Shown one piece after another: positions 22,451-35,024 of a stretch of DNA of 64,000 bases. This stretch comes from Chiloscyllium plagiosum. Lineage: Eukaryota. Location of the stretch: NCBI RefSeq assembly GCF_004010195.1, contig NC_057718.1:6424857-6488856 (forward strand). Reading direction: 5' to 3'. The position numbers were made by a program, and so were the translations under genes. The first letter of the stretch is position 1; each line of letters starts with the position of its first letter. The notes beneath the pieces were generated by a model. It was not told where the DNA came from. It saw only the letters and a list, made by a program, of their open reading frames with translations, and ran no database searches.

Positions 22451-25172
22451 CATAGAACATAGAACATAGAATGTTACAGCGCAGTACAGGCCCTCTGGCC
22501 CTCCATGTCGGACCAACCTGTGAAATTAATCTGATGCCCATCTAACTTACACCGTTCCATTATGATCCATATGTATGTCCAATGCCCATTTAAATGCTCT
22601 TAACGTCGATGTGTCTACTACTGTTGCAGGCAGGCCGTTCTGAGTATAAAAACTACCCCTGATATCTGTCCACAATCTAGTTAAAGTTAGGTCCCCTCGT
22701 GTTAGCTTTTACCATCCAAGGAAAAAGGCTCTCACTGTCCACACTGTCTAACCCTCTGATTATCTTATACGTCTTGATTAAGTCTCTCAATCTTCTTCTC
22801 TCCAAAGAAAACAACCTCAGTTCCCTCAGCCTTTCCTCTTAAGACCTTCCTTCCATACCAGGCAACATACTAGTAAATCTCCTCTGATCCCTTTCCAAAG
22901 CTTCCATATCCTTCCTATAATGCGGTGACCAGAATAGTCCAGGTGTGACCTGACCAGTGTCTTGTGCAGCTGAAGCATGACCTCGTGGCTCCGAAACTCA
23001 ATCCCCCACCCAATAAACACTAACACACCATATGTCTTCTTAACAACCCTATCAACCTGGGTGGCAACTTTCAAGAATTTATGCACCTGGACATCGAGAT
23101 CTTTCTGTTCATCTACACTGCCAAGAATTTTACCATCAGCCCAGTACTCTGCATTTGTAACTTCTTCCAAAGTGAACTACCTCACACTTTTCTGCATTAA
23201 ACTTCAGTTTCCACTTCTCAGCCCAGTTCTGCATCTCATCTATGTCCCTCTGTTGCCCATAACATCCTTCGGCATTATCCGCAACTCTGCCTACCTTAGT
23301 GTCATCTGCAAATTTACTAACCTATCCTCTAAGCCCCCCTCCAGATCATTTATAAAAATGACAAACAGCAGAGGCCCCAAAATAGATCCTTGGGTACACC
23401 ACTGGTAACTGAACTCCAGGATGGACATTTCCCATCAACCACCACCCTCTGTCTTCTTCCAGCTAGCCAATTTGTGATCCAAACTATTAAATCATCTTCA
23501 AACCCGAAACTCCATATTTTGTGCAATAGCCTACCATGTGGAACCTTATCAAACGCCTCACTGAAATCTATATAAACCACACCAACCACTTTAACTTCAC
23601 CCACCTGTTTTACCACCTTCTCAAAGAACTTAATAAGGTTAGTGAGGCACGACCTACCCTTCAACAAAACCCATGTTGACTATCCCTAATCAAATTATTC
23701 CTTTGCAGATTATTATAAATCCACCCCCTCCATCTCTTATAACCTTTTCCAACATCTTACCCACAACCGAAGTAAGGCTCACTGGTCTATAATTACCAGG
23801 GTTGTCACGGCTCCCCTTCTTGAACAAGGGAACAACATTTGCCATCGTCAGCCTTCTGGCACTACTCCTGTCAACAATGATGACATAAAGATCAAAGCCA
23901 AAGGCTCTGCAATCTCCTCCCTGGATTCCTAGAGAGTCTGAGGATAAATCCCATCAGGCCCAGGGGTATTATTTATTTTCAGATCTTCCAAAGTTGCTAA
24001 AACCTCCTCTTTGTCAACCTCAATTCCATCTAATCTTGGAGCCTGTATCTCCATATTCTCAATAACATTGCCCTTTTCCAATGTGAATACTGACGAAAAG
24101 TATTCATTAAGCACTTCCCCTCTGTCCTCAGATTCCACACACTACTATGTTTGATTGGGCCTAATCTTACTCTGATCATTCTTTTACTCCTGATATACCT
24201 TTGGAAGTTTTTAGGGTTTTCCTTGATCCTATCTGCCAATAACTTCTCATGTCCCTTCCTGGCTCTTCTTAGCCCCCTCTTTAGATCTTTTATGGCTAAC
24301 TTATAACTCTCAAGTAGGTTCAGTGGTTAGCATTGCTGCCTCACAGCACCAGGAATCTGGATTCAATTCCCCCCTTGGGCAATTCCCTGTGTGGAGTTTG
24401 CACGTTCTCCCTGTGTCTGCGTGGGTTTCCTCCGGGTGCTCCAGTTTCCTCTCACAGTCCAAAGATTTGCAGGTTAGGTGAATTGGCCATGCTAAAGTGC
24501 CCGTAGCATTAGATACAGGGGAATGGGTCTGGGTGGGTTGCTCTTCAGAGGATCAATGTGGACTTGTTGAGCTGAAAGGCCTGTTTCCACATTGTCGGGA
24601 ATCTAATCTAACTGAGCCTTCATGTCTCATCCTCACATAAGCCTTTTTCTTTCTCTTGACAAGAGCTTCAACTTCTTTACTAAACCGTGGCTCCCTCTCT
24701 CGATAACTACCTCCCTGCCTGATAGGTATATACTCATCAAGGAGCTGCAGTAGCTGTTCCTTGAATAAGCTCCATATTTCAAGTGTGTTCATCCCTGCAG
24801 TTTCCTTCCCCAGTCTATCCACCTGAAATCTTGCCTAATCACATAATTTTTGCCTTTTCCCCCGTTCTACCCCTTTCCCTGCGGTATATACCTATCCCTG
24901 CCTATTGCTATTGCTATTGCAAACATAAACAAATTATGGTCACTATCGCCAAAGTGCTCACTTACTTCCATTTCTAATACCTGGCCGGGTTCATTCCCTA
25001 GTACTAAATCCAATATGGCATCGCCCCTTGATGGCTTGTCTACATACTGTGTCAGAAAACCCTCCTGCACACATTGAACAAAAACTGACCCATTTCAATG
25101 GCTTGAGCTATAGTCAATATTGGTGAAGTTAAAGTCCCTCATAACAACTACCCTGAAACTTTCGTTCCAATC
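22451..25172 (-). mobile_element. Long CR1 LINE (endonuclease-RT), disrupted, with nested HE1
   Basis: Minus-strand ORFs: DFNF, LDLVLGNEPGQV...FGDSDH, GRSCLTNLIKFF, FSEAFDKVPH, KVATQVDRVVKK; tail CATAGAA repeats. Confidence 0.95.
24318..24610 (+). mobile_element. HE1-type V-SINE nested in CR1
   Basis: HE1 body with AATCT tail interrupts minus-strand CR1 ORF2. Confidence 0.9.
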
Positions 25173-25252
25173 TAGAAACAGTGTTCCCAATTTGCCAATT
25201 GCGTTATAGTGAATTTGCATTAATGAAATACATGTTCTAGCAGAACGACCCA
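25173..25252. mobile_element. pogo/Tigger-like MITE, right part
   Basis: GCGTTATAG...CATGTTCTAGCAGAACGACC terminal segment. Confidence 0.45.
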
Positions 25253-25304
25253 TCCAACGTTCTGATAGAGATAGAGAGTGCACCCCTCTGAGTCATGTCC
25301 TACA

Positions 25305-26870
25305 TCATAGAACATAGAACATAGAACAGTACAGCACAGAACAGGCTCTACAGCCCACTATGTTGTGCCGACCATTGATCCTCATGTAAGGTAAACCTAA
25401 TGTACGAACTCTCAAATTTCTGTGACCATTCGCGTGTCCAGCAGTCTCTTCAATATCCCCGATGACCTCGCTTCCACAACTGCAACTGGCAACGCATTCC
25501 ATGCTCTCACAACTCTCTGCGTAGAGAACCCGCCTCTGACATCCCCTCTATACTTTCCACCAAACAGCTTAAAACTGTGACCCTTCATGTTAACAATTTC
25601 TGCCCTGGGAAAAAGTCTCTGGCTATCAACTCTATCTATGCCTCTCATTATCTTGTACATCTCAATTAGGTCTCCTCTCTTCCTTCTTTTTTCCAATGAA
25701 AAAAGTCCGAGCTCAGTCAACCTCTCTTNNNNNNNNNNNNNNNNNNNNNNNNNNNNNNNNNNNNNNNNNNNNNNNNNNNNNNNNNNNNNNNNNNNNNNNN
25801 NNNNNNNNNNNNNNNNNNNNNNNNNNNNNNNNNNNNNNNNNNNNNNNNNNNNNNNNNNNNNNNNNNNNNNNNNNNNNNNNNNNNNNNNNNNNNNNNNNNN
25901 NNNNNNNNNNNNNNNNNNNNNNNNNNNNNNNNNNNNNNNNNNNNNNNNNNNNNNNNNNNNNNNNNNNNNNNNNNNNNNNNNNNNNNNNNNNNNNNNNNNN
26001 NNNNNNNNNNNNNNNNNNNNNNNNNNNNNNNNNNNNNNNNNNNNNNNNNNNNNNNNNNNNNNNNNNNNNNNNNNNNNNNNNNNNNNNNNNNNNNNNNNNN
26101 NNNNNNNNNNNNNNNNNNNNNNNNCTTTCCTTCCACTACCACTCGCTGTCTTCTGTTGACGAGCCAATTCTGTATCCAGACAGCTAAGTTCCCCTGTATC
26201 CCATTCCTTCTGACCTTCTGAACGAGCCTACCATGGGGAACCTTATCAAATGCCTTGCTGAAGTCCATATACACCACATCCACCGCTCGACCCTCATCAA
26301 CTTGTCTAGTAACATCCTCAAAGAACTCAATAAGATTTGTGAGGCATGATCTGCCCCTCACAAAGCCGTGCTGACTGCCTTTAATCAAGCCATGCTCTTC
26401 CAGATGGTCATAAATCCTATCCCTCAGAATCCTTTCTAACACCTTTCAGACGACAGACGTGAGACTGACTGGTCTGTAATTGCGGGGATTTCCCTATTGC
26501 CTTTCTTGAAGAGAGGAATTACATTTGCCTCCCTCCAGTCCTCAAGTACGACTCCGGTGGAGAGCGTGGATGCAAAAGTCTTCGCAAGTGGCGAAGCAAT
26601 CACATTTCTTACTTCCCAAAGCGGCCGTGGACAAATCTGGTCTCACCCTGGCGACTTGTCAATTTTAATGTTCGTCAAAACTTTCCGCACATCAGCTTCC
26701 TCAATCTCTATCCATTCCAGCATGCTTACCTGCTCCTCAATGGTTTCATTCACTACAAGGTCCTTTTCTTTAGTAAAGACAAAAGCAAAAAACTCATTTA
26801 GGGCTTCCCCTACCTCCTCAGACTCTATACACAAGTTCTCTATGATATCCCTGATTGGCCCTACTCTTTG
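25305..26870 (-). mobile_element. Young 5'-truncated CR1 LINE containing an assembly gap
   Basis: [23 protein letters not shown]...[16 protein letters not shown]; same subfamily as 17740-20682. Confidence 0.95.
25729..26124. other. Assembly gap (N run)
   Basis: Run of N. Confidence 1.
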
Positions 26871-27029
26871 AATGATATAGGTTAGAGAACACAGGAATAC
26901 AATTGTTTGAAGTTCCTTTCAGCCATATGTAAGTGGCTATGGAGGATTCGCAATTGACCACGTTTGGCAACAGTATCACTAATGCTTGCCATAAAGTATT
27001 GTGAATTCTAAAGCAGACAGTCTTACAAA

Positions 27030-27150
27030 GAATTGCATTTCTTTTGAGCTTTCCACAAGGTCAAGTCATCCCAAGGCACTCATCAGCTAGTGAGTGTTTT
27101 TTTTTGGAGTGTGGTCGCTGCTGTAATGGTAGGAAGCAGGCAATGAGTCG
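27030..27150 (-). mobile_element. DeuSINE (SacSINE1/AmnSINE1-like) 3' relic
   Basis: Reverse complement CCTACCATTACAGCAGCGACCACACTCC...GCCTTGGGATG resembles the Deu-domain/tail as I recall it. Confidence 0.5.
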
Positions 27151-27919
27151 TGAAAGATATTGCGATATTTGCAAGGAATGCACTTGGAACACATTGACAC
27201 CCAGAAATAATGCTTGTTAAGACTTTGGCCTACCACAAAAATTTTGAGCCAAATGCCTGAAGTCCATTCATGGCTCATAAGGGGCTGCTGAGCATCAGTG
27301 CAAGGAGAGTCCTTCGGCTGCCCAACAGGAGTTATCCCAAAACCCAATGGAAAATATTTGATGATAAATCCTTTTATTATGAAACCAGCCTCCATACAAA
27401 ACCAAGACGATAAAACCACCCTGTTGCTGGAGAGCACAGGCTGTCAGGAAATATCCTCCAGCAAGGGGGGCATCACATTGGAGCCGATGTCTCCCCAAAT
27501 CGTAACTGTTCTGGAGAACGTAGGCTCGAAAATAGGAAATGTGCGGTCAGAAGCAAGTGAGTTTGATATCGATAAATGCAAACAGATGAACTTTGTAAAG
27601 GAAGAAAAGTGTGCCAGAGAAATCAATACAGTTAAGTGATTTCTAGAGACCTGGCATTTAAATTGACAACTTTGACTGTGATAATGAGACAGCATTTCAG
27701 GAAATTCTTGACTGTGGCAGGTTTCAGCCAGGCATCTCTAGAGCTCAGGCATTTTGCGTTCCCGTTCCTCAGCCTCCCTCCCCCCCTCCACCCCCCTCCC
27801 AGGAAAGGAGTTTTAATATAAGTAAGCTGTTCTTCAATGATGGCAGTGAGCACTGTTAAAGATCCCTGTGGGAAGCAGGTTCAAAGTCAGTCCCTTTTCC
27901 TGATTTGTTCGCCTACATC

Positions 27920-29290
27920 CTGCCAACCATGATGTCATTCCAAACTAATCCCATCTGCCCTATCTCTCTACTCCCTGCCTGTTCATGTGTCTGTCTGAAT
28001 GCCTCTTAAACATTACTATTGTATCTGTTTCTACCACCTCTCCTAGCAGCGGTGTTTCAGGCACCTACCAACCTCTGTGTCAAAAACTTGCATCTCACAT
28101 CTGCCTTCAACTTTTTCCCTTTCATCTTTAACTTATCCTCTCCGGTTTTTCAGGTCTCTAACACGGGATAAAGACTCCAACTATCCACCCTTTCCATGCC
28201 CCTTATGACTTTTTAGAGTTCTGTCAGCCTTTAATGTTCTAATGAAAACAATCCAAGTTTGTTCACCCTCTCCTTACAGTTAACACACTCCAATCAAGAC
28301 AGCATCCGATAAACCTCTTTAGTATCCTCTCCAAAGCCTCCACATCCTTCCTATAGTGCAGCGACCAGAACTGCATATAATATTCCAAATGTGCCCTAAC
28401 TAAGGTTTTATACAGCTGCAACATGACTTGCTAATTTTTAACACTCAATGCCCCGAATAATGAAGGCAAGTGTGTCATATACCTTCATTATTACCTTGTC
28501 TACTTGTGTTGCCAATTTCAGTGAGCTATGGATTTGCACTGTAAGATCCCTCTAAATAACAAGGGTCCAGTATTTGTTATATATTGGTCTTCTGCATTTG
28601 ACCTCCCAAAATGCATCATCTTATACTTGCCTGGATTAAATTTCATTTGTCCTATTTCTGCCCAACTTTCTATTGTATTCTTTGACAATCATCCTCACTA
28701 TCCACAGCTCCACCAATTTTCATGTCATCTGCAAAATTACTAATCAGATCACTAATATCCAAATCATTCAGAAACCTATTACTAACAACAGAACTAATCC
28801 TTGTGGAACACCACTGATCACAGATCTCCACTAAGAAACCACCCCTCCACAACTATCCTCTGTCTTCTATGACTAGGCAATTTCCATCCAACTTACCAAC
28901 TCACTGTGGATCCTATATGGCTTAATCTTCTGCAAAAGTTACTATGAGGGACCTGGTTAAATGCTTTGGTAAAGTGTTTAGATAACAACAACTGCCCTAC
29001 TCCCATCAATCATCTTTGCCACAATCTCAATAAAACTCAATCATGTTTGTGAAACAAGACTTCTCCTACACAAAGTCATGCCAACTATCCCTAATAAGTC
29101 CTTTCTTTTCAAATGCAAGTTAAGCCTGTCCCGAAGAATCTTCTGCAATAATTTCCCTACTACTGACGTCAGACTCACCAGCCTATACATTTCCTGAATT
29201 TTACTTGCTGCCCTTCTTAAACAAAGGAACAACATGGGCTATTCCTCAGTCTTCCGGTACCTTGCCTGTGGTGAAAGAAGAAACAGAAAT
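27920..29290 (-). mobile_element. CR1 LINE RT fragment
   Basis: YRLVSLTSVVGKLLQKILRDRL; ISNFADDMKIGG. Confidence 0.9.
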
Positions 29291-29299
29291 CTCTTTCAA

Positions 29300-29710
29300 G
29301 GCCTCAGTAAAGTTCTCTGAGGACAAATTTCTTCCCCCAGACAATGGTAAGCCTCTGGAACTCTCTGCCACAGCCAGCAAAATGAATGTTTCCAAGAAGG
29401 AGTTAGATGTAATTCTGAAGGCTAAAGGAGGAAGCAGGAACAGGAGACGAAGTTGGATGATCAGCCATGATCATATCGAATGGCAGAGCAATGCCAAGGG
29501 CTGGATGGCTCACTCCTGATCCTATTTTCTCTCACTCTGGGTGTGCACCAAAACTGGGCTTAAGAAGAACAGGTAAAATAGGAGCAGGCATAGGTCATTC
29601 GATCCTTCAAGTCTGCGATGCCATTTGATAAGATCATGGCTAATCAGACCGGGGCCTTAACTCCATCTTCTCGTCCTGCACCTCACAATATTTGAATCCC
29701 TTCCTGATTT
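29300..29710. mobile_element. Two short CR1 3' ends (+ at 29300-29530; - at 29570-29710)
   Basis: GATCAGCCATGATCATATCGAATGG-type 3'UTR motifs. Confidence 0.65.
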
Positions 29711-30804
29711 ATAACTGAAACAAAAGGAGTGATGCTCCAAAAACTTCTCACTTCACTTTGAACCCAGAATCTGTCCTGAAGTCCTGACTTTGAAGTTGTA
29801 ATCAGCAGTTTGAGTTTTACTTTTAACCCTTCACACCAATAAACAGGCCAACGCCAACAGAAATCCTGTTAAATACAGGCGAAGAGATTGAATCCCTGCG
29901 AATGGCATGTTCTCATCAGAGGACAGGTCTAGAATTCTATTTGGATGCTACATTGTGTTCACTGTAAACAAAGACCATCCCATATGTCGATGGAAATTTT
30001 CTACTTTAAGGAAAAGCATGGAGAGACATCGACTTAACAAATTAAATGTTTGGACTGAACTACATGAAATGGAGTGCTTTTGCCACAGACATCTGACATA
30101 TTCATATCCATTCACGAAGAGCTCAGCGATCCCCTATTCTTTGCCAGAAGCTCAATTTCTCTGAGACTGAAACATTGTGAATCTCCTCATGTTGAAGGCC
30201 AGTATGAAGTCTCATTTCCCTGACTGGGTTTTATCAACACATAATTTTTCATAATTTTGATATCAGTGAGAATTTGCAGCATCAACGAGAGAGTTATGTT
30301 CAGTTTGAACAAGGTTCCATTCATGCCTCAGTTATCTGAACTGCTTTTCTCAGTGTCTGTGTTTTCAGGGAAGGCTGTTTGTGGTTGAAGTCCTGGCTGA
30401 CTGCTTGTGACTACTTCTTATGTCGGTCAGAAAGCTATATCAACAAAGTGGCCACTTCGGGGAATTGTCAGTGCCATGAGATTTGGGTTGAAATCCAGAC
30501 CACATCAGTGTCAGAGAAGTGTCTGCCAATGGGTAATGCAGTAACGCTGGAACAGTCTCAAAATAGTTTCTCACAAGTGCACAGTAGGTGAAAGTGGCAA
30601 TGATTAGTGTGAGCCTTAATTCAAAACAGCTAATGTAAGCATAAAGTATGTGGGGATAGATGTGTTGCAGTTGGTGTTACTCTTCTAATTAAGCGTTGAG
30701 CCAAATCACTTCACATCGATTCAAGTAAATAGAGTAAAATGTACTCTGCTTTCTGATAGTAAGAGGTGAGGAAAATGAGGATTGCTGAACAAGAAAACAA
30801 ACAG

Positions 30805-30900
30805 TAGAGGTAAAAACAATGACTGCAGATGCTGGAAACCAGATTCTGGATCAATGGTGCTGGAAGAGCACAGCAGTTCAGGCAGCATCGAGGAGCTTCA
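30805..30900 (-). mobile_element. Penelope-like family A 3' end
   Basis: GGTAAAAACAATGACTGCAGATGCTGG, as at 4285. Confidence 0.7.
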
Positions 30901-30949
30901 GCAAGAAAACAAACAGTGTCTGCCGAATTTACCTGCATCAGCCTGGATG

Positions 30950-31270
30950 TTAGAAATATTGAAAACTAGAGTAGGATTAGACCATTTGGCCTTCAACAAA
31001 CAATAGGATCATGGCTGATCATCCAACTCAGTCCCCTGTTCAGGCTTTCTCCCCCGCACCCTTTGATCCCTTTAGCTCTGAAAACTGTATCTAACTCCTT
31101 TTTGAAGGCATGAAATATTTTGGCCACAACCCACCTTCTATGGCAGAGGATTCCACAGGCTCCCCACTCTCTGAGTGAAGATATTTCTCCTCATCTCAGT
31201 TGTCCATGGCTTACCTCATATTCTTAGGACGTGGCTCATTGGAAACATCCTTCCTGTATTTACCCTGTTA
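30950..31270 (-). mobile_element. CR1 LINE 3' end
   Basis: GATCATGGCTGATCATCCAACTCAG...TTCCACAGGCTCCCCACTCTCTG. Confidence 0.75.
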
Positions 31271-32136
31271 GGATGATACAACGGATGATACAATGATACA
31301 TGATACAATGGTAGTGGAATTGTTGACTAACCACGTCTATGGAGTGAGTGTATGCATTCCCCAGAAGTGAGGTGAAGTAAAGCCCTCAGTTCTGGAGATT
31401 TTTCTGAATCATAGTCACCTGTTCCTCCCAAGTTATTGTCACCAAATACCTTGTCTCAAATATCTTATCCACCACATCTCAAAATATTACTTTCTGAATA
31501 ATTGAAATTTTAGTGGACCTGTAATAATTGTTTTCACTATCTTCCTAAGGTGCCTATTCCTTAGAATGACCACTATCACAAAATTTACAAGATTTCTTCC
31601 CCTTCAAGGACATGTCATGTCGCGTGGTCATTTATAGTACATTTGTAATTTGACTAAAATACTTAACAAGGGAAATCCTTCCTATTGTGTGTTTTCTAGC
31701 ATTTCTTTGAAGGGGACTACCTTGAAACATGACAGCCTCTATCATTGGTAGCCACATGGGAAAAAAAGGTGGAAAAAGCTGGATTGATTGGAAGACCTAG
31801 TATGGATTTTGAGATCATGTGTAGTGAACGTTTTGGCATTTTTTGTAAAGGTAACAATAAGAGTTGATGGGATAACGCAGTAGAAGTGGTGCACATGGAC
31901 TTTCAGAAAGTATCTAATGCAATGCCCAACAACAGGCTTAAAGGCTGGGGGAGAGTGTGTATTGGAGATCCTAGAGGCCAATATTGGGATTCCTGCTTTT
32001 CCTGATGTTTATTTATGGTCCGGATTTTGGTGGACACAGTACAATTTCAAAGTTTACAGTTGACACAAAACTTGGAAGAGTTGTAAGCTGTGAGGGGGAT
32101 AGTAGAACCCCAAAGGAATATAGACAATTTGATAGA

Positions 32137-32239
32137 CTTTTATAGGATCCCTGAAGAAGGGCTTATGCCCGAAACGTCGATTCTCCTGCTCCTCGGATGT
32201 TGCCTGGCCTGCTGTGTTTTTCCAGCATCACATTTTTCA
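32137..32239 (+). mobile_element. Penelope-like family A single-arm insertion
   Basis: TSD ACAATTTGATAGA at 32124-32136 and 32240-32252. Confidence 0.85.
32147..32182 (+). ncRNA. Minimal hammerhead ribozyme core (family A; helix I weak)
   Basis: atcc CTGAAGA a gggc ttat gccc GAAA cg TC gatt. Confidence 0.6.
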
Positions 32240-32317
32240 ACAATTTGATAGAGTGGGCAAATAGGAGATTGAGGTAGCTCCATGGTGAAATGTGAAATGA
32301 CAGATGGACAACACAAA

Positions 32318-32455
32318 TCGCCCATAGCGTTAGATGGATTAGCCAGTGGTAAATGTAGGGGAATGGGTCTGGGTGGGTTGCTCTTCGGAGGGTCGGTGTG
32401 GACTTGTTGGGCTGAAGGGCCTGTTTCCACACTGTTCTAATCTATTCTAATCTAA
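32318..32455 (+). mobile_element. HE1 SINE 3' fragment
   Basis: GGGTCGGTGTGGACTTGTTGGGCTGAAGGGCCTGTTTCCACACTG plus AATCT tail. Confidence 0.85.
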
Positions 32456-32596
32456 AAGAACTGAAGGCATGTGTGATTACATACCTAGAACAGTGAAAAT
32501 AATAGGACATTTGGAGAGGGCAGTTAATAAAGGATACAATATCCTCAACTTTATTAACAGTGGCATAGAGTACAAGAGTAAGGAGGTTATTCAGAA

Positions 32597-32817
32597 ACAA
32601 AACAGAAATTGGGGGAGAAACTTAGCAAATCTGGCAGCATCTGTGGAGAGAAAGCAGAGTTACAGTTTCACAGAAAGCCTTTGTCTGATGAAGGGTCAAT
32701 GGACCCAGATGTTAATTCTGTTTCTCTCTCTCTCTCCACAGATGTTGTCAGATCTGCTGAGATCTTCCAGCAATTTCTATTTCCGTTTCTGATTTCCAGA
32801 ATCCACAGATCGTTCTT
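32597..32817. mobile_element. Palindromic Penelope-like family D element
   Basis: Inverted arms; TSD GAGGTTATTCAGAA at 32583-32596 and 32818-32831; CTGATGA a gggtc aatg gaccc at 32685-32706. Confidence 0.8.
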
Positions 32818-33409
32818 GAGGTTATTCAGAACTTATTCAAGGCACTGGTTAGACCTCAGCTCAGTTCTAGGCACAATATTATAGGAAGGATGTGAATGTG
32901 TTGAGGAGAGTGCAAAAAGAGTTTACAACGATGGTTGTAGCATCGAGGAACGTCAGTTATGAGAATAAATTGCAGAGGCTGGGAAAGTTCTCATTGCAGA
33001 GATAAAAGATAAATGGAGATTAGATAGAAGGTTTCAAAATCATTAAAGGATAAAGCTAATCGGGAGAAACGTTTCCCGCTCATAAAAGGATCCAGCACAG
33101 CAGGGCATAAATTTAACCTGATTTGAAAATGTAGCAAATATGGCATGAGTAGAAACTATTTCACATGATAAGTGGTTAAAGTCAGGAATGCACTGTCTGG
33201 AAGTGTGGGAGTGCCAGCTTCAATTAAACCATTCAAGAGGGTATTGGATGGTGCTTTCTGTAGGCACAAGGTGCCAGGTATCAGGGAAAAATCAAGAGTG
33301 TGGCAATAAATCAGAATGCTTATTTGGAAAGCTGATAGGAGACATAGTGAGTTGGATGGCCTCCTTCTTGCTATAACCCTTCTATAATTCCAAGATCATC
33401 AGTAAAAAT

Positions 33410-33620
33410 CAGAGCAGAATGGTTTTGGTTTAGCTGGCTGGACAGAGTGAGGCCAACAATATTCCTTCACCAGCTGAGAGATTACCATGAAGGATTTTCC
33501 TTCTCAACCTCTTGTCTTACCTGAGGCATGGTGACTCTCTCAGGTTAAACCACCACCAGCCATCTCCCTGTTATGAGAGAGGAGCCTTAGGGGCTGGTGA
33601 TAGTATATGATGGTGACTTT
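33410..33620 (+). mobile_element. tRNA-derived SINE, second family
   Basis: ACCATGAAGG...CTTCTCAACCTC...TTAAACCACCACCAG, as at 890 and 48620. Confidence 0.6.
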
Positions 33621-34114
33621 ACCATATAGCAGGCTGCAGTCCTACAGCATCCCCTGTTTATCCAGTTTGTACTTTAAGGATACAATAGTCTCTGCCTCAT
33701 TCACTCTCTGCTTTTCATGCTTCAATAATTCGTTAAATGATGACATTTCTCCAAACCTTTCCCTTCAGTCAGTCCATAACAATGCTTGGACGATCCCTCA
33801 ACAGTGTCTCCCCAATGAGCTGGATTAATCTTTGTCTATTCACTGTATTAAATACCTTCCAAGTATAAAAACTTTCACTGTTTCATTGGAATTAGTCCCA
33901 GGAGCTGAAGTCTATGCTAACTATAGCTTTCCATTTCTGATATCTTCCTAATGAGTCAACATTCCTGGTGGATTTAATGTCAAACTGGTAATGATGAGTC
34001 GATAACTGCACACATTGTTTCAACCATCCTGGGAGGAACTATTGTTTTTCTTGAGTTCAAGATACCACAAAGTAGCTCATGGTCAATGACTGGACTTGAA
34101 CAACATTTCAATCA

Positions 34115-34350
34115 TTTATAATGTAGGGAAACGGCAATTACGTAATGCAAGTTCCCAGAAAGAGTAATGAATGCTCAATTCACCTTTTTTTTATGTGATT
34201 TACTCATGGGCTGAATATTGAACAGGGCAGTTAGAGAACTCAACAGCTCTTCTTTAAAAACTGCATTGCAATCTTTCACATGAGGTTAGAGAGGATCTTA
34301 GTTTAACATCTCATTGGCACCCCCAGCGGTACATGCACATGAATGTCAGA
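34115..34350 (-). mobile_element. DeuSINE relic
   Basis: AATGTAGGGAAACGGCA...GTTTAACATCTCAT resembles the reverse Deu-domain. Confidence 0.4.
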
Positions 34351-35024
34351 ATACATAAGAATTTCAAATCAGTAGAGTAGAGTTAGGAAGCTGTGTAAGC
34401 TCTAATCTATTTCTTCCTCTGTGCAAACATCTGAAAGCTATAAACGACAGAAGGTCCCAAACCAGAGGTCAATGCTGACTGATATATGCAGAGTGTCTGC
34501 GCAGTTTCAGGAGAAGATTTCTCAAATCCACACTATCTGCTTCCAGAGGTAGGAGTAAGGTGGTTAGGTATATGAGGGACGTGGAAGGATGGATAGGGAG
34601 CAGTGGTTCCCCATCATTGAAGGGTGACTAACAGGTGGATATTGTTGGAAGGTGAAGGCAGGAGATTTACAGGGTAATTGAGGTTTTGAGGGATCATGGT
34701 GTCACTTGAACTCTCCAAAGAACAACACAGTGCAAAGTTTCAAATGTAGCCACAATCTGCTGCCATTTTAAGGGTTTAAGAGTAGAAACAATACACAGAT
34801 ATAGCTAAAAGAGAATCCATCTTCATTCTGCCATCTTTAACGTGAGTCCTGAGCCCTGACTGATAACACCTGTGCCACCACCCTTCAGTCACCAGTGCCA
34901 GGCCCAGTAACATCAGAGTCGCCACTCTTCAAAAGCAACTCATCATCACTGGGCCCACCTCACCAATGGGCTGCCAATGCCAACTCCAGTGCTAGACCTA
35001 CACTCACCCAACAAACAGGAGACA

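Larger units (their letters stand above)
31700..33390 (+). mobile_element. Old CR1 LINE fragment hosting three nested insertions
   Basis: Degenerate MDFQK, KF..DTKLG, LNFINSGIEYKSKEV motifs; interrupted at 32137, 32318 and 32597. Confidence 0.75.

Noticed and set aside
25412..26442. Long ORFs spanning X runs
   Set aside because: Artefact of the N gap within a CR1 (likewise 63064-63907)
30369..30587. Possible plus-strand exon after TTTTCAG (EGCLWLKSWLTACDYF...)
   Set aside because: Unrecognised peptide, weak donor and no partner exons; compatible with chance
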